Source of the DNA: Caldilineales bacterium
GTDB lineage: Bacteria; Chloroflexota; Anaerolineae; J102
Assembly (NCBI GenBank): GCA_037443945.1
Contig: JBBINH010000004.1
Coordinates: forward strand, 64,976-128,975
DNA: 64,000 nucleotides
Reading direction: 5' to 3'
Part shown: positions 47,036 to 57,319 of the stretch, one piece after another
How the letters are laid out: every line of letters begins with the position of its first letter
How positions within the stretch are numbered: the stretch's first letter is position 1
Program-made: the position numbers and the translations under genes
The notes under the pieces: model-generated
The model's database searches: none
Told to the model about the DNA's origin: nothing
The model's input: only the letters and a program-made list of their open reading frames with translations

Positions 47036-47977
47036 TCACGCGGGCGCGCGACCGGCCGTGAACAGGGCGTCCCAGCGCAAATGGTGCACCTGCGGCCGCG
47101 GGTTTTTGGCCAGCCGGATGGCCATATCGGCCATATGCTTGACCGCCCACTCGAAATAAAACGGCGTCAAAGAATTGATATCCATATCCGGTGCCGGATT
47201 CATGAAATCGATGGCATAAGGAACACCACCGCGAATCGCCCATTCCACCGAGTTCATATCATAACCCAGCGCCCGCACGAGTTTGAGTGAATCTGCAACA
47301 ATACGCGCGCCTAATTCGGGTGTCAGATGCTCATGCTCGACGATGTATCTGCGCTCACGCGGGTCATATTTGATCGGCATGACCTCCTCTTGGCCCAGGC
47401 AAATACAGCGCACATAATGCTCCCATTCGATATATTCTTGCAAAATCATCGTGCGCAGACCGGTATGATTGTAATAGTAAATTAGCTCGTCTTTGCTATG
47501 ACAGATGAAAACGTCTTTCCAACCGCCGCCATGAGCATCTTTGAGCACGCAGGGTAAACCGACATAGGCGATAATTCCATCCCAATCAAGAGGATATTTG
47601 AGATTGCGTAAACTCTCTGTGTGAACAATTCCTGGAACATAATCTTTATTCGGCAAAACGACCGTTTTTGGCGAAGCAACTCCTAGTTTGGTTGCCAACG
47701 ACGCACCAAAAAACTTATCGTCCGCCGTCCACATGAAGGGATTATTAACGACAGTGACTCCTTGCAAAACGGCATGTTTCAAAAACGAGCGATAATAGGG
47801 GACTTCGTGCGAAATACGGTCGATGATGACGGCATAGGGCACGGGTTCATCCATCATGGTCCCGCCCAACATGACCATTTCGGCAATAACCCCTTCCTCG
47901 CGTCGATTGACTTCCTCGATAAAAGCCGGTGGAAACGACCATTCCCGTCCGACTAAAAGTCCTATTTTCAGCGTCAT
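47036..47977 (-). CDS. ATP-grasp ligase (RimK/glutathione-synthetase-like), markedly lower GC than surroundings.
   Basis: ATP-grasp motifs (LPCVLKDAHGGGWKDVF; ILQEYIEWEHYVRCICLG). Strong RBS CAGGAGG 6 nt before ATG 47975-47977. Local GC visibly near 50% versus 65-68% in flanks. Confidence 0.7.
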   Translation of the reverse strand: MTLKIGLLVGREWSFPPAFIEEVNRREEGVIAEMVMLGGTMMDEPVPYAVIIDRISHEVPYYRSFLKHAVLQGVTVVNNPFMWTADDKFFGASLATKLGVASPKTVVLPNKDYVPGIVHTESLRNLKYPLDWDGIIAYVGLPCVLKDAHGGGWKDVFICHSKDELIYYYNHTGLRTMILQEYIEWEHYVRCICLGQEEVMPIKYDPRERRYIVEHEHLTPELGARIVADSLKLVRALGYDMNSVEWAIRGGVPYAIDFMNPAPDMDINSLTPFYFEWAVKHMADMAIRLAKNPRPQVHHLRWDALFTAGRAPA

Positions 47978-48012
47978 AGCCACCCTCCTGTACAGACGAT
48001 GCAAGCCATCCT

Positions 48013-48729
48013 TCAATCATGACCGCTCAGGTACAGCCGGATCATCTGCTGCCACCAGGGCCAGTCGTGGGCCCATCCCTTCCAGATGCGCAGCGCATGC
48101 CAGATACCCTTGTCCCACAGCAACTGCGAGAAACGTTCGGTATCCCCGCGGCGAGGTTCGGTCTCGCTGGTGGTCAGGATGATGTCCATCCGGCGCATGG
48201 CGGCCAGACGATGGGGATCGTGCTCGTTGGCGATAAAATCAACGGGATTGTGAAAATAGACATTGTCATCATAGTGGCCGTCCAGCCATTCGCGGATGTC
48301 GTACACGCCGTTCATGGCCAGCACGCGGCCGACGAGTTCGGGGTAACGAAAGGAAAAATTGACGGCATGATAGGCGCCGAAACTGGCCCCGGTGACGATG
48401 AGGAAGGGGTTGGGATTTTGTTGGGTGAAAGGGATCACCTCGTGGCGCAGGTACTGGTCGTATTGCACATGCCGCCAGGCGCGATCACCGGGCCATTTCC
48501 AGCGAGCATACCAGCTCTCTTCGTCCACACTGTCCACACAAAACACCTGCAGCCAGCCACGTTCGATCGGGTCGGCCATGACGGCGATCATGCCCCGGTC
48601 TTCCCATTCGTAAAACCGCCCTTTGGAGGTCGGGAAAACGAGCAAGCGGGCGCCGGCGTGCCCGAAGACGAGCATTTCCATATCCCGGCCCAGCGCCGGA
48701 CTGTACCAGCGATGGTACTCGCGCTTCAT
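48013..48729 (-). CDS. Esterase-family alpha/beta hydrolase.
   Basis: GASFG nucleophile-elbow (GxSxG) motif. Putative-esterase family pattern. Confidence 0.55.
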   Translation of the reverse strand: MKREYHRWYSPALGRDMEMLVFGHAGARLLVFPTSKGRFYEWEDRGMIAVMADPIERGWLQVFCVDSVDEESWYARWKWPGDRAWRHVQYDQYLRHEVIPFTQQNPNPFLIVTGASFGAYHAVNFSFRYPELVGRVLAMNGVYDIREWLDGHYDDNVYFHNPVDFIANEHDPHRLAAMRRMDIILTTSETEPRRGDTERFSQLLWDKGIWHALRIWKGWAHDWPWWQQMIRLYLSGHD

Positions 48730-49523
48730 GGTCGCAAAGAAGCCGCAGTGGGAAGGGTCGGGCGGCTATGGCGCCCACGCCATGCCTCGGCGGCCTGCAA
48801 AAAGCCCCGGAAGAGCTGCCGACTGACGGGGTCGCGCGCCACAAATTCCTCCGGATGCCATTGTACGGCCACGGCGAACTGACCGTTAGGCGTCTCAATG
48901 CCCTCGATCAGGCCGTCCGGGGCAAAGGAACTCGGTCGCAGGATGGGGGCCAGGGTCTTGATGCCCTGATGGTGCATGCTGTTGACCGGGAGTTCGGTCC
49001 GGCCCAGCAGATGGCCCAGCCGCGAATCTGCTTCGATGCGGACGGTATGGCTGATGCGGTCGCGAGAGTACTCGCCGTGATAGGGGTAGTAATCATGCTT
49101 GATGGCACCGGGGTGCTGGGCCAAGACGTCCTGATACAGAGTGCCGCCGGCAGCGACATTGAGCACCTGCAGACCCCGACACACCCCCAAAATGGGCTTG
49201 TGGTCGGCCAAAGCCCAGCGCACCAGCGTCACCTCCACCAGGTCACGTTCCGGATCGATGCGGCCGCACAATTCGGTCTTGGTCTCGCCGTACATGGCCG
49301 GGTCCATATCGACCCCACCCGGCAGGAAAATCCCGTCGAGTTGTTCGTAGATGGCGCGTAGAGTGTCCAGGTCATCGGCCAGAAGCGGGATGACCCAGGG
49401 CAAGGCGCCCTGCGAGGTCAGGGAGGTGATGTAGGTATGACCCATGATCCAGCAGCGCGGGGCTACGCCGGGGATGGGTTCCTGGTTTTGGGTGGTAATG
49501 CCGATAACCGGACGGGATGACAT
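48726..49523 (-). CDS. Class I glutamine amidotransferase-like peptidase C26 (PuuD-type gamma-glutamyl hydrolase).
   Basis: GVCRGLQ catalytic Cys motif and HHQ. 4-bp overlaps with the downstream esterase gene. Confidence 0.75.
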   Translation of the reverse strand: MSSRPVIGITTQNQEPIPGVAPRCWIMGHTYITSLTSQGALPWVIPLLADDLDTLRAIYEQLDGIFLPGGVDMDPAMYGETKTELCGRIDPERDLVEVTLVRWALADHKPILGVCRGLQVLNVAAGGTLYQDVLAQHPGAIKHDYYPYHGEYSRDRISHTVRIEADSRLGHLLGRTELPVNSMHHQGIKTLAPILRPSSFAPDGLIEGIETPNGQFAVAVQWHPEEFVARDPVSRQLFRGFLQAAEAWRGRHSRPTLPTAASLRP

Positions 49524-49729
49524 GGAGGCATTCCGGGGACGATGCGGGGTTTTGTACGGGGAGGATGGTCAGGAGGGTGCCGCTCCGAACCTCCGCGGTG
49601 AAAAGCTAGCCAAGTCTAGCATTGCCGGGGCGGAGAGTCAAAAGCGGTTTGTTTGATGAGGCCGACACGGGTTCGGCGCCCTCCCCCAGAGGTGATTGCA
49701 CCGGCCGCAGAGGCGGCCATCGCCAGCCC

Positions 49730-51376
49730 TTATCGCCGCGCCAGCATCGTCTCCACCAATTTCTCCTCCCGCGCCGGAAACAGCCGCGCTGCCACCTCGA
49801 CAAGCAGACCGTAGATCGCTGCCCCGTACACCACGGCCAAAAGCAGGAACACCCACCACGCTTCCGGCGTCAGGAGTCGCCCCAGCCCCAGCAACAGCAT
49901 TATCGGCGCCGTCAGCAGCGGCATGCCCAGGAGCGCACTGAAAACGGTGAAAAAGCTGGCCTTGGCCTCATTGAGCGGTGCTTGCCCGCGTTCCAGGTCC
50001 ATGTAGTACGGGAAAAGCAGCCCGGTGAGATGGGTGAGACCGTTACAGACAAGTTGCAGCGGCACGATGGCGCCCATCGCATAGCCGAGCACGGCGGCAT
50101 CCCGCCGCGCCAACCAGGCGACAAGCACGGCAACCAGCAGCAGAACGACGGCCACGGCCAGATTGAGCAGACCGTTGCTGAGCAAAATCAGCCGCCGCGG
50201 GACCGGCGCCAGCAGCAGCGCTGCAATGCCCACATGGTCGTAGGTGCATAGCTGATTGTGCCCTATCAGGGTCACAAAAAAGGCCGTCAACCCCGCCAGG
50301 CCCAATCCGACACTCCAGCTCGGAAACGGCAGTTGTCCGCCAAAATAGGCCACCAAACCCAGCACAACGGGCAGGAAAAACAGTCGCGCCGTGATCGGGC
50401 TGCGCACAAAGTTGAGCCAGTCCTTGTAGAGAAGCATGAGGAGATCCCCCAACCAGGGCCGATGTCGTCCCAACGCCGAGGCCCAGCCGCCGATGCGGCT
50501 CGGCCTGACCGGCGAACGCCGTCGCACGGCCAGGCGCCACAGCTCGCCGAAGAAAAGCCGCCGCATGAGGCGCAAATGCAATCCCAAACCGGCGACGAGC
50601 AGGGCCGCCAGGGCCATCGTCCACCCCAGCCAGACCTCCCAAGCGCTTCGGCGCACGGCCACAAAGGCCTGCGCCAGCCAACCCGAAGGGACCCAGCGCA
50701 ACCGACGCAGCAGATCGAGCTGCGCCAAAAGCGCCTGCGGCTCGGGAAGGGGCTCATTGCGCAACATGCCCACCTGCAAGGAAAGTTGCCCGTAGATGAC
50801 GGGCAAAACCGGCACCAGGCCGATCACCACCATCAACAGGCGCAGACGTCGGTCTGCTGCCGCCAGGGCCAACGCATCATCCACGATGGCTTTGAGCACA
50901 ACCACAACGCCGAAGAACAGCAACACCGACACCGTCATCGGCACAACCTGCCCGATCGCCCGCATGTAGCCGACCATAGCGGCCAGCAGAAAAAAGCCCG
51001 TACTCAAAGCAGCCAACCCGATGCTGTTGAGCAACAGACTTCCCACGACCAAATCCCGAAAAGCCACGGGCAAATGAAAGAGTCGGGTCAGGTCCAGGGG
51101 TTCGGTGATCTGCTGATGAGAGGCCGGTGTTATCAGCCAGATGAGCAACAGAAAGGTAAAGGCCAGGGCCAGGATGTGCCCGCCGCCGACGGCGTCGGTT
51201 AGCCGCAGGCCCACACCCATGATGACGGCGATAACCAAAAGCCCCGGCAAAAGCAACAAGCCCAAAAACAGCACGCCCACTACACGGCCTGTGTCCTGGA
51301 CTGTGCCCCGGCGCAGCGAATTGCGCAGCAGGCAACCTTGCAACCAGAGCAGGGTACGCAGTTCGTGGCTCATCAT
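49730..51376 (-). CDS. Polytopic membrane protein, probable ABC-2-type permease partner of the upstream ATPase.
   Basis: 548 aa, many TM segments. Follows the ABC ATPase with a 4-nt gap. Confidence 0.5.
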   Translation of the reverse strand: MMSHELRTLLWLQGCLLRNSLRRGTVQDTGRVVGVLFLGLLLLPGLLVIAVIMGVGLRLTDAVGGGHILALAFTFLLLIWLITPASHQQITEPLDLTRLFHLPVAFRDLVVGSLLLNSIGLAALSTGFFLLAAMVGYMRAIGQVVPMTVSVLLFFGVVVVLKAIVDDALALAAADRRLRLLMVVIGLVPVLPVIYGQLSLQVGMLRNEPLPEPQALLAQLDLLRRLRWVPSGWLAQAFVAVRRSAWEVWLGWTMALAALLVAGLGLHLRLMRRLFFGELWRLAVRRRSPVRPSRIGGWASALGRHRPWLGDLLMLLYKDWLNFVRSPITARLFFLPVVLGLVAYFGGQLPFPSWSVGLGLAGLTAFFVTLIGHNQLCTYDHVGIAALLLAPVPRRLILLSNGLLNLAVAVVLLLVAVLVAWLARRDAAVLGYAMGAIVPLQLVCNGLTHLTGLLFPYYMDLERGQAPLNEAKASFFTVFSALLGMPLLTAPIMLLLGLGRLLTPEAWWVFLLLAVVYGAAIYGLLVEVAARLFPAREEKLVETMLARR

Positions 51377-51380
51377 CGCC

Positions 51381-52151
51381 TCATAGCCAATCCAGATGGT
51401 CGCCCTGGTTCACCTCGGCCTGCACAAGCCGCAGGAACACCTCCTCCAGGCTGGCCCGATCGTGGGTGGCCGCCTGACGGCGCAGGGCCTCCAGATCACC
51501 CTGGGCGATAAGCCGGCCGTGGTCGATGATGGCCACCTCATCGCAGAGCTTCTCTACCAACTCCATGATATGGGTCGAAAAGAACACCGTCGTCTTCTGC
51601 TGGCGCACCAGCGACAGCAACAGGTCCTTGATGGCCCGCGCCGAAATGGCATCCACGCCCTCGAAGGGTTCGTCCAGGAAAAGGACGGGCGGATTGGGCA
51701 ACAGAGCCGCGGCCAACGCCAGTTTTTTCTTCATCCCGGTAGAATAGTCCACCGCCAGGTCGTGACGACGGTCGGCCAGGTCCAGGCGTTCGAGCAGCCG
51801 CTGGCGACGACGGGCGATGGTGGCCTCGTCCAGGTGGTGCAGCCGTCCTACCAGTTCCAGATACTCATCGGCGGTCAGGCGTTCGTACAGGCCCAGGTTT
51901 TCGGGCACAACGCCGATGCGCCGCTTGACCTCAAGCGGCATCCGCACCACATCGTAACCGGCCACCAGGGCCGTGCCCGCCGTCGGTCGCATCAGCCCTG
52001 TCAGCATCTTCAGTGTGGTCGTTTTCCCGGCGCCGTTAGGCCCCAAAAAGCCGAACATGACCCCCGCCGGCACGGCGAGATCGAGATGGTCAACGGCCAG
52101 CACATGGCCAAAGCGCTTGACCAGACCGTAGGTTTGGATGATGGGGGTCAT
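51381..52151 (-). CDS. ABC transporter ATP-binding protein.
   Basis: Walker [10 protein letters not shown], signature motif, Walker B LFLDEP. Confidence 0.85.
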   Translation of the reverse strand: MTPIIQTYGLVKRFGHVLAVDHLDLAVPAGVMFGFLGPNGAGKTTTLKMLTGLMRPTAGTALVAGYDVVRMPLEVKRRIGVVPENLGLYERLTADEYLELVGRLHHLDEATIARRRQRLLERLDLADRRHDLAVDYSTGMKKKLALAAALLPNPPVLFLDEPFEGVDAISARAIKDLLLSLVRQQKTTVFFSTHIMELVEKLCDEVAIIDHGRLIAQGDLEALRRQAATHDRASLEEVFLRLVQAEVNQGDHLDWL

Positions 52152-52180
52152 GGTCGGGCAGGTGGTCGTCCCCGGCTTCC

Positions 52181-53182
52181 TCAGGGACCCGGCGTTGCCT
52201 CCGGCGTGGTTGCAGGCGTCGGCGTCGGCGTAGCGATAAAATCGCTCATCGCTTTGTTGACAAAATCATCCAGATTGAAACCGGCAATTTGTACGTAATA
52301 GGGCGATTCTGAGTATTTGGCGTAGTAATTGTTTGTTTCGGGATCTTTGGCACCGATCTGCAAGACGTGCGTCTTGCTCTCTCCTGCGGCCGGTCGCACC
52401 GTGATCGTGACGGTGGTAGCCGGTGGATTCAGACCCCAGGCCGTCAGGGTTGCGGCATCGGCCGTGATCCCCAACGGACGGGTCAGGTTCAATCCCGCCA
52501 GGCGACCGACCAGGGATTGCACGGCAAACGTGTCCAGCGTCTGTTCCGGACCGAGGCCGGCCAGTTTCCAGGCATCGCCCTCTTTCGTGAATTCGAGCAC
52601 ACCCTGGGCGTTTTCGATGCGAACGGCGGCGATATCGGTGCCGGGAATGCTCACGTACTGGCTGTCGATGTAGCTGATGGGCTCGACGGTGGCATCAAAA
52701 GCGGCCAGATTGGCGGCGAGATAGACGCGGTCCTGGCCCTGGAGCCGGAAATGGGTGGCGCCGGCACGCGGGGCCGTGCCCAGATAGAGGGTATAGCGTT
52801 CCCCGCGCACGGTCTCCAGGTCCAGACGACGCACGAAGGCATCTTCGGCCACCTGCAAACGGGCGTGGCTGGCCGCGGTTTCGGCCACCAGCCGACCGGT
52901 TTTCAGACCGACCAGTTTTTCCAGCAGGGGATTGATGCGGTCGGCCTGCACCGGATAGTCCCCCGCTTCGGGCAAAACCCAGCCCTCGCCCCGACGGGCC
53001 AGCTTGAGCTGTTTGCCGGCGTTATCGGCAATCGTCAAGGCCAGGATATCGGCGGTCGTCAGACCGGGAAAGACGGGTTCGCTCGTGGCCTGCGAAGGTC
53101 GCGGCCAATAGACCAGGACCACCAGGCCCAATTGGACGATCAACACGGCGATGAGGAGGGGGATAAGACGGCGACGCAACAT
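52181..53182 (-). CDS. DUF4340-like accessory protein of GldG-type ABC systems (N-terminal TM anchor, C-terminal PT-rich tail).
   Basis: Signal-anchor. Position immediately after the GldF/GldG fusion. Confidence 0.5.
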   Translation of the reverse strand: MLRRRLIPLLIAVLIVQLGLVVLVYWPRPSQATSEPVFPGLTTADILALTIADNAGKQLKLARRGEGWVLPEAGDYPVQADRINPLLEKLVGLKTGRLVAETAASHARLQVAEDAFVRRLDLETVRGERYTLYLGTAPRAGATHFRLQGQDRVYLAANLAAFDATVEPISYIDSQYVSIPGTDIAAVRIENAQGVLEFTKEGDAWKLAGLGPEQTLDTFAVQSLVGRLAGLNLTRPLGITADAATLTAWGLNPPATTVTITVRPAAGESKTHVLQIGAKDPETNNYYAKYSESPYYVQIAGFNLDDFVNKAMSDFIATPTPTPATTPEATPGP

Positions 53183-53185
53183 GGC

Positions 53186-56074
53186 TCAACCCTCCTTTCC
53201 TTCCGCCACGGCCAGCCGGGTCGGCGGCAAGAGGGGCATCGGTTTTTCATGACGGCGACGGGTGTTCCAGATCACGCCGATGGCGACGAGGATAACCAGG
53301 GCGAGGACATAATTGGCGATCTCCCAAAAGCGGCGGTCGCTTTCCGAAAGCGGCCGCAACACGCGCGCCTGCGTCCCCCGAGCGCGGATGCCGAGGAGGT
53401 TCAAGTCCTGAACCGACCAGTCCACGGCGTTCTGGAAGAGCTGCAGGCTGTGGAGGGGGCTTTCGGGATTGAAGGTGGAGCTGATCTGGAAGACCACGTC
53501 GTTGAGGAACTCGTTGCTGGCGATGATCACGAGCCGGGCCGATTCCGGCGATTGATCGATGGTCGTGGCCTGCAGGACGGCCACGTCCGGGGTCGTACCA
53601 TCGCCTGTATCTTCCGGCGCCGTCAGGGTCTTGCCTTTGAAGGCACTGGTGAAAACACCCTGCACGGCAACGGCCAGAGGCCGCGAACCGGTTTGCCCTT
53701 CGATGGGGAAGCCCAAACCGGGATACGTGACGGGGTCGGGCTGGGGATTGGCATTGGCCGTAACCCACGATTGGGGGCTGGACGAGAGCAGCACCGTGGC
53801 CTTGAGATCGGGCCGGATCGAGATGGGGGAAGCCCAACTCAGGGTAATCGCAGGCAGATTGGCGGTGATGGGATGATCACCGGCCATGCCGTCGCGACGG
53901 ATCGCCACAAACGGTGGGTAATTCAGGGCCTGGATCTCCTGGATCTGGACTCCACCCACGTTGCGGATAACCGGCACAGGGAAGGGTTCGTTTTGGGGAT
54001 CCATCACCAGTGTGTTCTCCACGGTGATCCCATAGCTCGCCAGCAGGGGTTCGATGCCGTTTTGGACCGGCGAGAGGGTCAGTTGGCCGGTGAAGGTATC
54101 TTGTCCGAGGAGATAGCGGCCGGAAGCGGCGACGATAGCACCTCCCCGCATGAGGAATTGGTCGATGGCGAAACGCTGGATATCGGTCAGGTTTTGCGGC
54201 GCCACCAGCACCAGCGTATCAATGCCGGCTGGGACCTGGCCGTTGCCGAGATCGACATCGCGCACTTCGTACTCGCGAGCCAATTGTTCACGGATGGTGC
54301 GATACGTGCTCAACGGCGGTTGCATCCGGCCGAACATATCGGGTTGGGGCGTTTCCGGCGGTGCCCAGAAGCCGATCACCTTGAGAAAGCCGGTCGCACT
54401 GCGCTTGAGACCGGCCTCGATGGCCGTCCGCACCTCGGCTTCACTGGCGCCGGCGCCGGGGTAGATGATCTGAACCTTGTCGCCTGCCTCGAGGACCAGG
54501 TGCAAAAAGTAGGTATCGGTTGCAAAGAGCGAGGCGGCAAACGGTCGCAGCCCGTAGGTCTCGAAGAGCGATTGCGGCGTTACGGGACTGCCGGAAGCCG
54601 TGGGATCCACCTGATTGAACAGGAGCTTGCCCCGGGCCTTGCCGGCCATTTCGTTCGCCACCCGCGCCACCGTGGTCGGTACGTCGCGTAGGTCCGGCGG
54701 CAGGGTGGCCGGTGTGGTATACAGGGTAAGTCGGGCCGGTTCGTCCAGCGCCGCCAGGATGGCATCGGTGCTCTGGAAACCCTGGACGACCTTGTTGATC
54801 ACGCGGGTCAGGTCGTACTCCAGATTGCGCAGCCGCACATCCAGGGTGCCGTCCCCGCGCGGATTGACTTCGATCAGGTCCTGGAAGTTGATGACCTCGC
54901 TTTGATCGCCATAGCGGATGAGGATATCGAAATAGGCGTTGACGATGGTATCCTCGTAGCGACCGGCCACCCGGAAGGGTGTGGGCCGGATGCCGTAGGT
55001 CTGGTTGGCCTCTTCTTCCAGTTCGGGATTTCGGGTTGGGTCGACGACTTCGGCCCGTACCCGGCCGCGGCCGGCGATTTCGTACTCGCGCAACATGTCG
55101 CCGACGGTGGGGACAAGCGGTGCCAGCAGCGGATGGGTTTTTTCGCTGATGTAGGCGCGAATGAGCAGGGGTTCGGTCAGCCCGGCCAGGACATCGCGGG
55201 TGGGCTGCGAGAGACTGTACTCGCGACCCTGGGTCAGATCCAGCCGCAATCCGTTCAGGGGGGCCAGCCAAAGGTTGAGGACGATGAGGTTGAGGCCGAT
55301 GAGCAAGGTGGTCAGACCGATCCGACGCCGATAGGCCAGGGTGTTCTCGCCTTCGCTCCAGCGCTTGCTGTCCACGGAAACGGCATTGAGGACCAGGAAC
55401 AGGGCGGTCAGGGCCAGGTAGTAGATCAGGTCGCGCAGATCGATGACCCCGCGCAAAATGCTCTCAAACCGACTGCCGGAGCCCAATCCGCGCAGGACCT
55501 GGGCCACGGCAGGCGGGGCGGCATTGACCACGGCCGGCGTACCGAGAAGATAGAAAATCCCCGCCACCAGGATGGCCAGGATGAGGGCCACCAGCGAGTT
55601 GTCGGTGCGGGAGGAGACGAACAAGCCGATGGCTGCATAGGCGGCGGCCAGGAGCAAGGAGGCCAGATAGCCGCCGATGACCGGGCCCCAATCGAGATTC
55701 CCCAACAGCGAGACCGTGATGGGAATGAACAGGGTAAGGCCCAGGGCCACGGCCACCATGGTCATGACGGCCAGGAATTTGCCGATAACGAGTTGCCATG
55801 CCTCAACCGGCAGGGTGAGGAGGATTTCAAGCGTGCCCGTCTCCTCCTCGTCACTCCACTGGCGCATCGTCAAAGCCCCTACCAGGAAGATGAGCAGGAG
55901 CGGCAGACTGCGGAACAGGGGCCGCACATCGGCGATGCCGCGGGCAAAAAAGGCATTGGCCCAAAACAGCGAGAACAGGGCCAGCGCCAGAAAAACGCCG
56001 ATGAAAATCAACGCCATCGGCGAACCGAAATAGGCAGCGATTTCTTTGCGGGTAAGGGACAAAGCCTGCTTCAT
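53186..56074 (-). CDS. Fusion of ABC-2 family permease (GldF-like) and GldG-like auxiliary component.
   Basis: N-terminal ~250 aa has six TM helices with the ABC-2 permease pattern. Large extracytoplasmic region and C-terminal TM helix as in GldG. Confidence 0.7.
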   Translation of the reverse strand: MKQALSLTRKEIAAYFGSPMALIFIGVFLALALFSLFWANAFFARGIADVRPLFRSLPLLLIFLVGALTMRQWSDEEETGTLEILLTLPVEAWQLVIGKFLAVMTMVAVALGLTLFIPITVSLLGNLDWGPVIGGYLASLLLAAAYAAIGLFVSSRTDNSLVALILAILVAGIFYLLGTPAVVNAAPPAVAQVLRGLGSGSRFESILRGVIDLRDLIYYLALTALFLVLNAVSVDSKRWSEGENTLAYRRRIGLTTLLIGLNLIVLNLWLAPLNGLRLDLTQGREYSLSQPTRDVLAGLTEPLLIRAYISEKTHPLLAPLVPTVGDMLREYEIAGRGRVRAEVVDPTRNPELEEEANQTYGIRPTPFRVAGRYEDTIVNAYFDILIRYGDQSEVINFQDLIEVNPRGDGTLDVRLRNLEYDLTRVINKVVQGFQSTDAILAALDEPARLTLYTTPATLPPDLRDVPTTVARVANEMAGKARGKLLFNQVDPTASGSPVTPQSLFETYGLRPFAASLFATDTYFLHLVLEAGDKVQIIYPGAGASEAEVRTAIEAGLKRSATGFLKVIGFWAPPETPQPDMFGRMQPPLSTYRTIREQLAREYEVRDVDLGNGQVPAGIDTLVLVAPQNLTDIQRFAIDQFLMRGGAIVAASGRYLLGQDTFTGQLTLSPVQNGIEPLLASYGITVENTLVMDPQNEPFPVPVIRNVGGVQIQEIQALNYPPFVAIRRDGMAGDHPITANLPAITLSWASPISIRPDLKATVLLSSSPQSWVTANANPQPDPVTYPGLGFPIEGQTGSRPLAVAVQGVFTSAFKGKTLTAPEDTGDGTTPDVAVLQATTIDQSPESARLVIIASNEFLNDVVFQISSTFNPESPLHSLQLFQNAVDWSVQDLNLLGIRARGTQARVLRPLSESDRRFWEIANYVLALVILVAIGVIWNTRRRHEKPMPLLPPTRLAVAEGKEG

Positions 56075-56119
56075 GGCCAGCCAGGGGAGAAGGGAAGATG
56101 AGCAAGCATTCAGGACCGC

Positions 56120-57055
56120 TTAGGAAAGCCCAGGAGAACTTGCCAACTCATTGAAGACGGCTTCCAGGGTGCGTGTTTCGCGACGCAGTTCGCGCACCGG
56201 CCATCCCTGAGCCTGGGCGAGACGGTAAATGGCCCAGGTGAGATCGCGACCGTCGGCCTGGCGGGCAAAGACGCGATAGGCCGGAAACCCATCGACCGAA
56301 CGCTCGGCGCGCACCTCGCCGATTCCGTCCAGCTCGCGCAGGGCCTTGGCAACGCCATCCGTCGCCTCTTGCAAGACGAGGACGGCGCTGCTCGTCGCCG
56401 CCAGCTCGGTCAGGCGAGCATCGGCCCGCACGCGACCGTTCATCAGGATAATGACCCGATCGCAGACCTGTTCCACTTCGGGCAGAATGTGGGTCGAGAG
56501 TAGAACGGTGCTGTGTTGGGCTAACTGCCGGATCAGGTTGCGGATCTCGATGATCTGGGTGGGGTCGAGACCGACGGTCGGCTCATCCAGGATGAGCAGC
56601 CGGGGCCGATGGAGGATGGCCTGGGCCAGGCCCACGCGTTGGCGATAGCCCTTGCTCAATTCCCCGATACGCCGGGTGAGGTGGGTTTCCAGGCCGGTGG
56701 CATAGACGGCGGCGGAAATACAGGCCCTTTGCTCTTCCGGCGGGATGCGCCGCAGATCGGCCATGAGCTTAAGATAGCCCTGCACCGACAGCTCATGATA
56801 CAAGGGCGCATTCTCGGGCAGATAACCGATAAGCGCCTGGACCTCATGGCGTTGGCTCAACACATCGCATCCGGCAATGGTGGCCGTGCCCTCGTCGGGC
56901 TGCAGATAGCCGGTGAGGATTTTCATCAACGTCGTCTTACCGGCCCCGTTGGGCCCCAACAGACCGACGATCTCGCCGCGTTGGATGGTGAACGAGACAT
57001 CGTCCAATGCCTGAATCTCGCCGTAGGCTTTCGAGAGATGGGAGACGACGATCAC
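56120..57055 (-). CDS. ABC transporter ATP-binding protein (GldA-like).
   Basis: Walker [18 protein letters not shown] signature, ILDEP Walker B. GTG start with GGAGGA RBS 5 nt upstream. Confidence 0.85.
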   Translation of the reverse strand: MIVVSHLSKAYGEIQALDDVSFTIQRGEIVGLLGPNGAGKTTLMKILTGYLQPDEGTATIAGCDVLSQRHEVQALIGYLPENAPLYHELSVQGYLKLMADLRRIPPEEQRACISAAVYATGLETHLTRRIGELSKGYRQRVGLAQAILHRPRLLILDEPTVGLDPTQIIEIRNLIRQLAQHSTVLLSTHILPEVEQVCDRVIILMNGRVRADARLTELAATSSAVLVLQEATDGVAKALRELDGIGEVRAERSVDGFPAYRVFARQADGRDLTWAIYRLAQAQGWPVRELRRETRTLEAVFNELASSPGLS

Positions 57056-57319
57056 AGCTGTCCTCCAAAAATCAGCCCCGCCTCCGGAATGCCGGGCATC
57101 GGTAAGGGCAGGGCTTGATACACAACCAGGTAAAGGCAAGCCCTTCGATTGTACATAACCCGGACGGAATAGGCAAAGCCAATACGCCCAAACCGGCAGA
57201 CCTGCAGCTCCTTCAGGGTGTTCACGGCTGCTCGGTCACACCGCAAAACCAGGCCGGCACGGCTGCCCGGCTCCATTCTGCCACGCCGTTCCAACCCGGT
57301 GATGGTTACGGCGAGAGGA

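Noticed and set aside
57056-57319. 260-bp leader upstream of the GldA-like ABC operon that might hide a riboswitch.
   Set aside because: No recognisable riboswitch consensus or convincing structure by eye. Left unannotated.
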